Source of the DNA: Candidatus Thorarchaeota archaeon
GTDB lineage: Archaea; Asgardarchaeota; Thorarchaeia; Thorarchaeales; Thorarchaeaceae
Length of the DNA: 26,296 nt
Assembly: GCA_016840855.1 (NCBI GenBank)
Contig: JAEORO010000165.1
Location: 1-26,296, forward strand
Direction: 5' to 3'
Below are positions 1 through 8,041 of the stretch, piece after piece. The position numbers were made by a program, and so were the translations under genes. The notes under the pieces are model-generated. The model had not been told where the DNA came from, searched no databases, and was given only the letters and a program-made list of their open reading frames with translations. Positions within the stretch are counted from its first letter, which is position 1; every line of letters begins with the position of its first letter.

Positions 1-66
1 AGCTCCTTTGAGGGCTTCATCTAGTGCAGCTTTTTCCTTGTCGGTGAGTTTCTTTCCAGACATCAT
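1..66 (-). CDS. N-terminal fragment of a gene running off the left edge (MMSGKKLTDKEKAALDEALKGA...), product unknown
   Basis: Open minus-strand frame from ATG at 66 (or 63) to the window edge, with an upstream AGGGGA purine tract. Not in the ORF track. Confidence 0.6.
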   Translation of the reverse strand, partial: MMSGKKLTDKEKAALDEALKGA

Positions 67-176
67 TTATTCCCCTACAGCAAGCTCATTGTGTACAACG
101 CTTCGCTATGTATAAGCTTTGCGAGAAATTATGTCATTCTGTACCATTTCTCTCCTATGATTCTATCCTTGATGTA

Positions 177-878
177 TTAATTTCTGATGAATATCAAGAA
201 ACTATAGTGTCCAAGACGGCTGAGCGTGTTTGGTTCCGAGTTTCGGGTCAAGTAAGTAGTTGAAAAATCATTCAAATTGATGTCCTTCCCATCTAGAAAC
301 TGAAATCCAACTGATTCCAAGATGTCTACATTGTTTACGATATAGAGTGAGCAAGGCATAGTAACAATAAGAAGCGCGCCTTTCTTCAGGGACCTATGTA
401 CTTTCTGAAGACTGATCATAATGTCACTTTGTTCTTTGTAGTATTCATGTAGATATCCAACAATATCGTTATTTAGAATACCAATATCAAAAACCTCTGG
501 AGGTATGTAACTATGTGATTGTAGATGATGATCAAACCATGTCATAGTTTCAGGATTGTTTTCGAGATATTCAACCAATCCAGGTCTAAGTTCTGCTTCT
601 TCATCCATTGTTTCCATTTTAGCTTGAATAACTCGAACATTCTCTAATAGCGCTGACTCCTCAATCTTTCCTAGTAGGCTATCAAGACGTAACGCATGTA
701 AGTCTATACAATAAATAACTCTCCTATTTCGATGATTGAAAACTGGTAAAAATTCAGGAAGTAGATTTACAAAGAAAGATGCAGTCCTATCATGCTCGCC
801 AGCCGCAAAATCACCAATCAGAATTAATTCTTCTGATAGTAGTGATGAAAGACGATTCAAAAGAACCTCGCTTTTCAT
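177..878 (-). CDS. Class I SAM-dependent methyltransferase-fold protein (divergent)
   Basis: Degenerate motif I (IGDFAAGE), VIYCID strand, FDIGIL, and the typical late motif LQKVHRSLKKGALLIV. Confidence 0.6.
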   Translation of the reverse strand: MKSEVLLNRLSSLLSEELILIGDFAAGEHDRTASFFVNLLPEFLPVFNHRNRRVIYCIDLHALRLDSLLGKIEESALLENVRVIQAKMETMDEEAELRPGLVEYLENNPETMTWFDHHLQSHSYIPPEVFDIGILNNDIVGYLHEYYKEQSDIMISLQKVHRSLKKGALLIVTMPCSLYIVNNVDILESVGFQFLDGKDINLNDFSTTYLTRNSEPNTLSRLGHYSFLIFIRN

Positions 879-942
879 TATCCAAGCAATTGGATAGACT
901 TTGAAGCTGTCTGAAGTCAGTAAGATACCCTCCTAACATTTT

Positions 943-1263
943 CTATGGGTACTTGACTTCGAAGAGCTTTAAGCCCTCATTTTCAGTCATCACGTAGTGC
1001 TCTTCATTTGCATCCAATAAAATGAAATCACCTGGTTTGAGATCAAAGGTTTCTCTACCATCTGTAATTTTCCCATTGCCTGATATAACATAGATAACTT
1101 GCCTTTCAGAATGAACATGAGGTCGTTTTGGAACATCACTATTTGCCATAACAATTCGTACGCCAGCAGTCACTTCTTCCTGAACAACATCATGTGCAAG
1201 CGCAACTCCCATCACTCCTTCAATCCTACTAGGAGTCATTTCAGATTCATTAACCTTCATCAT
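943..1263 (-). CDS. Cupin-domain protein
   Basis: PHVHSERQVIYVISGNG and LKPGDFILLDANEEH cupin motifs. Start moved to ATG 1263, which follows AGGTG; the track's GTG start lies within that RBS. Confidence 0.85.
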   Translation of the reverse strand: MMKVNESEMTPSRIEGVMGVALAHDVVQEEVTAGVRIVMANSDVPKRPHVHSERQVIYVISGNGKITDGRETFDLKPGDFILLDANEEHYVMTENEGLKLFEVKYP

Positions 1264-1332
1264 TGTAAACACCTGATACTCTATAACCTGTTAACAGAAA
1301 GACCTTATCAGGGCTACGACTTCCGGATTATT

Positions 1333-2577
1333 ATGGATTCAATATCATCTCTCTTAAGAAACAAGCGCGTAGGAGTCATTGGCTTTAATGCTCGACCTAT
1401 AGCTTGCTCAGCAAAGAGAGCTGGTGCAAAAGTCTTTGTTTCAGACTATTGGGGAGATGATGATCTTTCAGCTTGTTGTGATGATTGGGTTGCCATCTTA
1501 ACACCCACTCCAGGAGCACGCCAAAGGCAACCACTAGATGTTCCACTCTATGAAAGCCTTGTACAGAATCTATTTCATCTCATGGAAAAACAAGAGTTAG
1601 ACTATGTTTTTGTTGGAAGTGGTTTTGATGACCATACTAACGCGCTCATACCATTACACAAAGAAGGATTGTTAATTGGTTGCTCACCAAATCAAATGAA
1701 AAAAGCGAGAGATTTTGCATCTCTTGCGAAAATCGCAGAAGTCCATGGTATTCAAACACCGAAACGTCAGGTAGTGAAAACACCAGATGAAGCGCTGAAA
1801 CTTACTGGAGATATCACATTCCCATTTTTAGTGAGACCAACTCATTCAGGGGGCGGAAGTGGAATCAGACTTGTTCGCGGTCCACATGATGTCATTAATG
1901 TATATAGAGAAACCGAAGAAGGTGGGTATGAACCTCGAGTTGTTCAAGAATATATACGTGGAATAGACATCAGTTGCAGTGTTCTTGCTGCAGAAGATAA
2001 ATCTATCACGCTCTCTGTACAGGGACAACTCATTGGCATGCCAACCGCTGGAAGGAACTGTGATTTCGCTTATTGTGGAAATTACCATCCAAGTGGTCTT
2101 GCAAAGGAAACGATTTCTAGAATTGCTGAGATTTCTGAAGTTATTAGTGAAGTATTAGATTTAGAGGGGTCAGTTGGAATCGATTATGTTGTTGATGAAT
2201 CAAATCGAATCTGGCTTATGGAAGTAAATCCAAGAATTCAAGGTACTCTGGAGCTGATAGAAGCTGCAAGTGACCTTTCAGTAACAAGTCTTCATGTCCT
2301 GGCCTTTCAGGGAGTTTTACCTGAAAAAATTCCTGAAATAAAACCAAGTGTGAAGTTGATTGTTTATTCAAGATGTGATGGACTAGTACCGGATTTAGCA
2401 AAATTTCAAAAAACTGTGGATAGAACTCCTAAGGGTGTAATGGTGAACGTGAGAGATCCAATATGTACGATTATTGAGGTTGGGAAATCGATGACCGATT
2501 GTTATCGGAGAGCATCTGACACTGCTCTCACCATTCAGAAGGCTGTAGCACATGAGAAGGAGTCAGCCCCTAGATGA
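1333..2577 (+). CDS. ATP-grasp carboligase (COG2232-like)
   Basis: FPFLVRPTHSGGGSGI, VVQEYIRG, GSVGIDYV and LMEVNPRIQGT ATP-grasp motifs; N-terminal DYWGDDDL and GSGFDD resemble COG2232. The track's 78-aa extension is antisense to the cupin, so the start was set at ATG 1333. Confidence 0.8.
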   Translation: MDSISSLLRNKRVGVIGFNARPIACSAKRAGAKVFVSDYWGDDDLSACCDDWVAILTPTPGARQRQPLDVPLYESLVQNLFHLMEKQELDYVFVGSGFDDHTNALIPLHKEGLLIGCSPNQMKKARDFASLAKIAEVHGIQTPKRQVVKTPDEALKLTGDITFPFLVRPTHSGGGSGIRLVRGPHDVINVYRETEEGGYEPRVVQEYIRGIDISCSVLAAEDKSITLSVQGQLIGMPTAGRNCDFAYCGNYHPSGLAKETISRIAEISEVISEVLDLEGSVGIDYVVDESNRIWLMEVNPRIQGTLELIEAASDLSVTSLHVLAFQGVLPEKIPEIKPSVKLIVYSRCDGLVPDLAKFQKTVDRTPKGVMVNVRDPICTIIEVGKSMTDCYRRASDTALTIQKAVAHEKESAPR

Positions 2578-2682
2578 TCTCTTTAGAATCACAACAGTAA
2601 CAATGCCCATAACAAGTGATAGTGTATTCAGCAAACTTTAATCAGTTAGTATGCGTATCCCTAACTAATAGAGGTGTGCAAG

Positions 2683-3786
2683 GTGCGAAATTGTGAAAAA
2701 TGTGGTAAAGCAAACCAGCCAACACGAAAATTCTGTATTCGATGTGGAGCGTCACTACTGAAGAAAGATGCACCAAAAGAGAAGGCACCTCTTCCAACAG
2801 CGACTACACCAGAAGTCCCAGTAGCTGCAGAAACACCCCCGACAGTAAGTCCACCTCCAACTTCTGAAGAAGAAAAATGGGTAAAACCAAGTTCTGTTGC
2901 TAAAGACCGAGTAAGGTCTGCAGGAGGATTAACAAAGCCAAAATCTGAATTTGAGAAAGCTAAGGAAGCTTTTGCTAAAGCTGAAACTGTTGGGATTGAT
3001 GAAGCTGATGGCTCTGGCGTAATAGAAACCCGGATGCTTCGCGCTAGTGAGGTCAAAGAGTTACTTGAAGGCCCGGGAATGATGGAAGGTATGGAAGACA
3101 TACCTCCACCAAGAATGATGGAGGGAAGCGAACCACTTCCACCTGAAGCAATGGACCTAATGCCTCCTTCAGGACCTACATCATCACAGATTGAAGAGTC
3201 CATCCTAGGCGCACGATCAGCCTATATCGAACACCCTCCAGAGCCTGAACCTGAACCTGAACCTGAACCCGTACACGAACCAGAGCTAATGGTAGCTCCG
3301 CCTACTGATGAAGATTTGATTCCAGGAGATGCTGAAAAAGAGCTCTCAGCAGATTATGAGATGGAAGGTAAAATCCCAGTTCTTGAAGCTACTACAGCTG
3401 AAGAAGAAACAGAATCTGAATTAACCTATGATGAATCAGAAATGTCAGAAACAGAAGAAATACCTGTTGCACCAGCTAAAGCAGAGCCTGTAAAACCTCC
3501 TCCTAAAGAGGCACCAGCAGCTGCTGATGCGGATCTTGACCTTGTGATTGCTTGCCCTGATTGTGGAAAGGTCATCAATGTGGATATGTTCGAATATCCC
3601 AAAGAAGTCTATAGCAAAATGGGTGCAGCTCGTTTGAAACAAGCTAGATTCTTTGTGGTCCAAGGAAAGCCTGATTTAGCAATGACTGCAGTTCGGAAAG
3701 CACGAGCACTTTATGAAAAAGCGGATGATAAAAAAGGTCTCAAAGATGTCCTCAAGTTAGTTGAATCCCTTGCTCAGGTTGATTAA
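2683..3786 (+). CDS. Zinc-ribbon protein with long Pro/Glu-rich disordered linker and C-terminal CxxC plus TPR-like helices
   Basis: CEKC...CIRC at the N-terminus, P/E/A-rich middle, then CPDC and amphipathic helices. GAGGTG at 2671-2676 precedes GTG 2683. Confidence 0.8.
   Translation: MRNCEKCGKANQPTRKFCIRCGASLLKKDAPKEKAPLPTATTPEVPVAAETPPTVSPPPTSEEEKWVKPSSVAKDRVRSAGGLTKPKSEFEKAKEAFAKAETVGIDEADGSGVIETRMLRASEVKELLEGPGMMEGMEDIPPPRMMEGSEPLPPEAMDLMPPSGPTSSQIEESILGARSAYIEHPPEPEPEPEPEPVHEPELMVAPPTDEDLIPGDAEKELSADYEMEGKIPVLEATTAEEETESELTYDESEMSETEEIPVAPAKAEPVKPPPKEAPAAADADLDLVIACPDCGKVINVDMFEYPKEVYSKMGAARLKQARFFVVQGKPDLAMTAVRKARALYEKADDKKGLKDVLKLVESLAQVD
3244..3267 (+). repeat. (CCTGAA)x4 in-frame microsatellite encoding PEPEPEPE
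   Basis: Four perfect hexamer copies read directly from the sequence. Confidence 0.9.
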
Positions 3787-4574
3787 GATTTCAACCAGAG
3801 TTCCATGAACTTCTCTTTCTCCTTTGGAAAATCTGAGAAGCACTCGCACATCAAAAGGAATCGATTATCATAGCCACGTTGTTTTAATTCCCGGAAAATT
3901 GTGTCAAAATCAATTTCGCCTTCGCCAATGGGTAGATGTGTGTCATACCTTACAGCCAATTCACGAATCTCACCTTGAGAAACCTCTCGCTCTTTCTTTA
4001 GTTTCAAGACATCATCTATCATTTTAGATCCGTGATTGTCATGTACATTGACCATAGCAATCCTATCATAAAATGTTGAAATATGATCTAGTGCTCTGTT
4101 TCTAGTTGCTAGAATCTGACCATGACCAATATCAAGAGCCATCTTCATATCAGGAAACATATCAAATAGTAGCTGGGTTTCGGTATAGTACAAGCCTTGA
4201 GTTTCTACAGCAAGAGTCACACCTGACTCTTTGGAAGCCTCACAAGCGAGAGGCAATGCTCTTAGAAAGATGTCAATATCATCATCATCATAGAAGAGAG
4301 ATGATAGCATAGTATGAAACGTCACAAGCTCTGCATCAATCTGCCGCCCCAGATCTATATAGGGAACAATGCCTCGACTAAGCTCAATGGGTTTCCAGTC
4401 AGGGTTACTTGGTAGATGAAGGGTACACTGAATACCTGCGTCATTCAAATCTTTCTTTGCTTCAGTGAAATCAATGGTGAAATTCAGGTCCATCCTCAGA
4501 TCGATAAAATCAGGTTCATTCTTTGTGGCGCTTCGTATCTGTTCGTTGTTACGTGCGAAGGTTCCTATCTTCAT
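3783..4574 (-). CDS. Sugar-phosphate isomerase/epimerase (xylose isomerase-like / AP endonuclease 2 TIM barrel)
   Basis: TLHLP, LAVE, ALDIGH, VHDN and HLPIGEGEIDF motifs. Its stop overlaps the convergent gene's stop at TTAA 3783-3786. Confidence 0.85.
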   Translation of the reverse strand: MKIGTFARNNEQIRSATKNEPDFIDLRMDLNFTIDFTEAKKDLNDAGIQCTLHLPSNPDWKPIELSRGIVPYIDLGRQIDAELVTFHTMLSSLFYDDDDIDIFLRALPLACEASKESGVTLAVETQGLYYTETQLLFDMFPDMKMALDIGHGQILATRNRALDHISTFYDRIAMVNVHDNHGSKMIDDVLKLKKEREVSQGEIRELAVRYDTHLPIGEGEIDFDTIFRELKQRGYDNRFLLMCECFSDFPKEKEKFMELWLKS

Positions 4575-4720
4575 CTTGTACGACCCTTAGGTTGGAAGGG
4601 ATGAATATGCCTTTTCTCACTTTTGGTGGATATTCTCCAGTTCTCCCTCGTAGAGATAGAACATGGGCGATAGTGTTATTAGATGAATAGCGTTTTCAAC
4701 AGCTATAGACGCTATTTCGC

Positions 4721-4726
4721 GGAGTG
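4721..4726 (+). promoter_or_regulatory. Putative ribosome-binding site GGAGTG, 8 nt upstream of CTG 4735
   Basis: The same GGAGTG hexamer precedes the ATG starts at 11554 (7 nt) and 23526 (10 nt). Confidence 0.6.
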
Positions 4727-4734
4727 GACAGACC

Positions 4735-5262
4735 CTGCCAGAAAATGTTGACTACTTATTTAAGCTGGTCTTCTTGGGAGAAGGAGCAGTAGGGAAAACC
4801 AGTCTGGTAGGTCGGTATGTCTATGATAGCTTTGAGGGCGATTACTTAGCGACTATCGGTACGGACATACATGTAAAAATGGTGACCGTCGATCAAACAG
4901 TAGTCAAGCTGGTAATCTGGGACATAGCTGGCCAAGATAATTTTGCACAGCTTCGAAGGGCGTACTACATGAATGCTTCTGGAGCATTCTTTGTTTTTGA
5001 TACAACGCGACCTGAAACTCTTGAGCGTGTGGATGAATGGATCAACGCTCTTTTTACAGTAACTGGGAAGATTCCCCTTGTGCTTCTAGAGAACAAAGTC
5101 GATCTTGATAGTGCACTAACAGAAGAAGAGAAGGATGCTGTGAAGAAAAAACATAGCATTCCGATAATTCCGACGAGCGCCAAAGAAGATACAAATGTTG
5201 AAGAAGCTTTTAGACAAATGACTCGTGACATACTTGTCAAGTCGCGTATCAAAAAGAGTTAA
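4735..5262 (+). CDS. Rab-like small GTPase 1 (probable CTG start, 175 aa)
   Basis: G1 GEGAVGKT, G2 ATIG, G3 WDIAGQ, G4 NKVD, G5 TSAK. In-frame upstream sequence (L)PENVDYLFKLVFL supplies strand beta1. The exact start is inferred. Confidence 0.92.
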   Translation: MPENVDYLFKLVFLGEGAVGKTSLVGRYVYDSFEGDYLATIGTDIHVKMVTVDQTVVKLVIWDIAGQDNFAQLRRAYYMNASGAFFVFDTTRPETLERVDEWINALFTVTGKIPLVLLENKVDLDSALTEEEKDAVKKKHSIPIIPTSAKEDTNVEEAFRQMTRDILVKSRIKKS

Positions 5263-5287
5263 CTCACAGCGTGAAAGGAGTTATGCA

Positions 5288-5809
5288 ATGGTGAGCAACG
5301 CGCAACCCGACTTTGTTCATAAGCTTGTGTTCCTAGGTGACAGTAGCGTTGGAAAGACCTCGCTAGTGCAGCGTTATGTTTACGACAGTTTAGCTCCAGA
5401 CATTGGTCGAACCATTGGAGCAATGTTGCATGTCAAATCTGTTGACTTTGAGGGGGCAAAGCATAAACTCGTAATTTGGGATCTTGGAGGACAAGAGTCC
5501 TTCTCAGCCCTGCGAGAACAATACTGCGCAAATGCATCTGGGGCATTCTTTGTTTTTGATAGGACACGCATCGATACACTGAAACATATTGATGATTGGC
5601 TTAATGCACTGTACAATGCTGCTGGAAAAGTTGCTGTCGTGGTTGTTGAGAATAAAATGGATTTAGAAGCTGTAATCTCAGACGATCAGATTAAGGGAAT
5701 GCTAGAAGCTCGTTCATTGAAGCATATTCAAACAAGCGCTACAGAGAACTTGAATGTGAACAGGGCGTTTGAAGAGTTAGTAAGGGAGATACGTACATCA
5801 AAGAGATGA
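5288..5809 (+). CDS. Rab-like small GTPase 2 (173 aa)
   Basis: G1 GDSSVGKT, G2 RTIG, G3 WDLGGQ, G4 NKMD, G5 TSAT. AAGGAG at 5275-5280 precedes ATG 5288. Confidence 0.92.
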   Translation: MVSNAQPDFVHKLVFLGDSSVGKTSLVQRYVYDSLAPDIGRTIGAMLHVKSVDFEGAKHKLVIWDLGGQESFSALREQYCANASGAFFVFDRTRIDTLKHIDDWLNALYNAAGKVAVVVVENKMDLEAVISDDQIKGMLEARSLKHIQTSATENLNVNRAFEELVREIRTSKR

Positions 5810-5818
5810 ATTCAACCA

Positions 5819-6505
5819 TCAATCAAGCATGCTCGCTTCTTCTTCTTTATACAACAGCCCAAGTTTTACGCGTTCACCAGTTATCATGTGGGTTGCACTC
5901 TCTGCTATTCTAATTGCTTGGTCTGCAGCACGTTCGCAATACCTGCCAACAATAATATAGTACATTGCAAGTTCACTGATGTCTCTTCGCCGATTCAGGT
6001 ATTCTGCAATCTCTTCAAACATATCAACTGCCTCTCTATCACTTTGAGCTTCAAGTTTTTCGAGCTCTTCTATTTCAGAGAGGTCTTCAGTAAGGACTGC
6101 TCTGATGCTTATGTCAATGGCGGAAATGGCTAATTCTGCGAGATACGGTAGTGAAACGAGTTCTTTGAAATGGTCAAAATCCTCACAAAGCTCTACGATT
6201 TTACCAATCTTTTCTGCATATTGACCAACCCTACGAAGGCAGCTTGAAGTATTGTTGTAAGTAATTAAACGTCTCAGCTCTACTCCTGTTGGTTGGTGTT
6301 TTGAAACTGTATCAAAAACAAGTTCCTCTACTTGTTGGTGTAGTTGTTCAACCTGATAAGACACTCTCCCAGTTTCATCAGCCAATTCTAAATCTAAGTC
6401 TTCAAAGGCTTCCATTGCCTTTGTAAGAGCTGTTCTGACAAGTGAATGCAGGTTGGTTAGATGTTTGGTGATATCAGAAGTTCTTGTTTCTAATGTTGAA
6501 GCCAT
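5819..6505 (-). CDS. phoU: Phosphate uptake regulator PhoU (second copy)
   Basis: Two helical PhoU repeats, QP..ELR and YCERAADQAIRIAE...ITGE; located at the end of the pst operon. Confidence 0.88.
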   Translation of the reverse strand: MASTLETRTSDITKHLTNLHSLVRTALTKAMEAFEDLDLELADETGRVSYQVEQLHQQVEELVFDTVSKHQPTGVELRRLITYNNTSSCLRRVGQYAEKIGKIVELCEDFDHFKELVSLPYLAELAISAIDISIRAVLTEDLSEIEELEKLEAQSDREAVDMFEEIAEYLNRRRDISELAMYYIIVGRYCERAADQAIRIAESATHMITGERVKLGLLYKEEEASMLD

Positions 6506-6579
6506 TCTACATCAACTCGCTTCCATGAAAGAGTACCACATCATATCATGCATCTTGGATTAAGGTGTTCCTATTCACA

Positions 6580-7266
6580 TTAATGCGGTGAATCACCGGA
6601 CTTTCCCTTATAGGCAATACCAAGTTTTTTCCTCTCACCAGTCACCATATAGACAGCTCGTTCAGCAATGGAAAAAGCATGGTCTGCAGCACGTTCGCAA
6701 TATCTACCCACAATTACATAGAACATTGCCATCCTTGTGATGTCTGTTCTCTGGCGTAGATATTCAGCAATCTCTTCAAACATCTCACCAGTTTCACGAT
6801 CACTCTCAGCTTCCAGCTTTTCAAGTTCATCTATCTTGGAGAGGTCTCGGTCCGTTATTCCTAACATAGCATAATCAATTGTGTCTTTGGCGAGTTTTGC
6901 AAGGTAGGGCAATGAAATGAGCTCCTTGAAATGCTCTAATCCTTCACATAATCGTACGATGTGAGCAATCTTGTAAGAATAGCGTCCAATTCTGTATAGA
7001 TGGTGAGTAACTTGAAGATATGTTGCTAATTCTCTTAGGTCTTTAGCAACAGGTTGCCTTCTAGCTATTGTTTCAAAGACACTATTTTCAATCTTTATCG
7101 ATAATTCCTCAATCTTTTCTGATTTATCACGCACTTCAGCAGCCTTTGCTTGATCTAGTTCTTCAAATGCTTTCATAGAATCCATGAAGGCATCAGTGCT
7201 CATCTTGTGAAGCTGTCGAATCTTCTTATTGATCTCACCAATGTAACGTTCGAGTTGCGATGCCAT
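6580..7266 (-). CDS. phoU: Phosphate uptake regulator PhoU (first copy)
   Basis: IARRQPVAKDLR and YCERAADHAFSIAERAVYMVTGE are classic PhoU signatures. Confidence 0.93.
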   Translation of the reverse strand: MASQLERYIGEINKKIRQLHKMSTDAFMDSMKAFEELDQAKAAEVRDKSEKIEELSIKIENSVFETIARRQPVAKDLRELATYLQVTHHLYRIGRYSYKIAHIVRLCEGLEHFKELISLPYLAKLAKDTIDYAMLGITDRDLSKIDELEKLEAESDRETGEMFEEIAEYLRQRTDITRMAMFYVIVGRYCERAADHAFSIAERAVYMVTGERKKLGIAYKGKSGDSPH

Positions 7267-7276
7267 TTCTTATCAC

Positions 7277-8041
7277 CTACCCTATTCGACCTGTGATGAA
7301 CGCCTCGGTTCGTTCATCCGCAGGAGCTTCTAGAATCCTGCTGGTCTTATCAAATTCTATTAATTCTCCTAAGTACAGGAAAGCAGACTGGTCTGATACA
7401 CGAAAAGCTTGTTGAACGTTGTGGGTGACCAGAATGACTGTGTAATCCTTCTTCAAATCTACAAGTAACTCTTCTATCTTTGCAGCGCTTATTGGATCAA
7501 GTGCCGAAACTGGTTCGTCAGCCAAAAGTACAGGGGGGTCTACGGAAAGCGCTCTTGCTATGCAAAGACGTTGTTGCTGGCCTCCCGAAAGGTTTGGAGC
7601 TGGTTTTTCTAACTCATCTCTCACCTCATCCCACAATGCAGCTTTTCGAAGCGATTGCTCAACAATCTTGCTTAGCTCGTCTTCATCTTTAACTCCGTGA
7701 AGTTTTGGACCATAGGTAATGTTATCATAGATACTCATAGGGAATGGATTAGGTTTCTGGAAGACCATACCTATTTGCTTACGGAGGTCATAAACGCTTG
7801 ATCCATTGGCATAGATATTCTCCCCTCCAAAGAGAACTTGTCCCTCAAGGCGAAATGAAGGGACTAAATCATTGAGACGATTCAGTGTACGTAGTAGCGT
7901 GCTCTTGCCACAACCTGAAGGTCCCATTATTGCTGTGATTGAATTATCTTCAAAATAGCATGTTATATCCTTTAGAATAGGTTTCTTACCAAACCAAGTT
8001 GAGAGATTCTTTACTTCTATATGGTATTTCAATTCAGCCAT
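7277..8041 (-). CDS. pstB: Phosphate ABC transporter ATP-binding protein
   Basis: GPSGCGKST, GMVFQKPNPFPMSIYDN, LSGGQQQRLCIARAL, DEPVSALDP, and the ending FITGRIG. ATG overlaps the pstA stop (TGATG). Confidence 0.97.
   Translation of the reverse strand: MAELKYHIEVKNLSTWFGKKPILKDITCYFEDNSITAIMGPSGCGKSTLLRTLNRLNDLVPSFRLEGQVLFGGENIYANGSSVYDLRKQIGMVFQKPNPFPMSIYDNITYGPKLHGVKDEDELSKIVEQSLRKAALWDEVRDELEKPAPNLSGGQQQRLCIARALSVDPPVLLADEPVSALDPISAAKIEELLVDLKKDYTVILVTHNVQQAFRVSDQSAFLYLGELIEFDKTSRILEAPADERTEAFITGRIG

Noticed and set aside
1-66. Possible RecA-like N-terminus (KEKAALDEAL)
   Set aside because: Only 22 residues of generic helix; cannot be assigned.
1099-1332. 78-aa N-terminal extension of the ATP-grasp ORF
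   Set aside because: Antisense to the cupin gene with non-protein-like composition; the domain begins after ATG 1333.
2661-3203. 180-aa minus-strand ORF, and other short antisense or alternate-frame ORFs in the track (e.g. 4965-5252, 9571-9939, 21077-21370, 22947-23255, all those within 23561-26241)
   Set aside because: Shadows of well-supported genes on another strand or frame, with no motifs of their own.
4745-4792. ATG 4745 as the GTPase start via a frameshift
   Set aside because: Out of frame and stops after 15 codons; the GTPase frame is already open upstream of it, so CTG 4735 is the simpler explanation.
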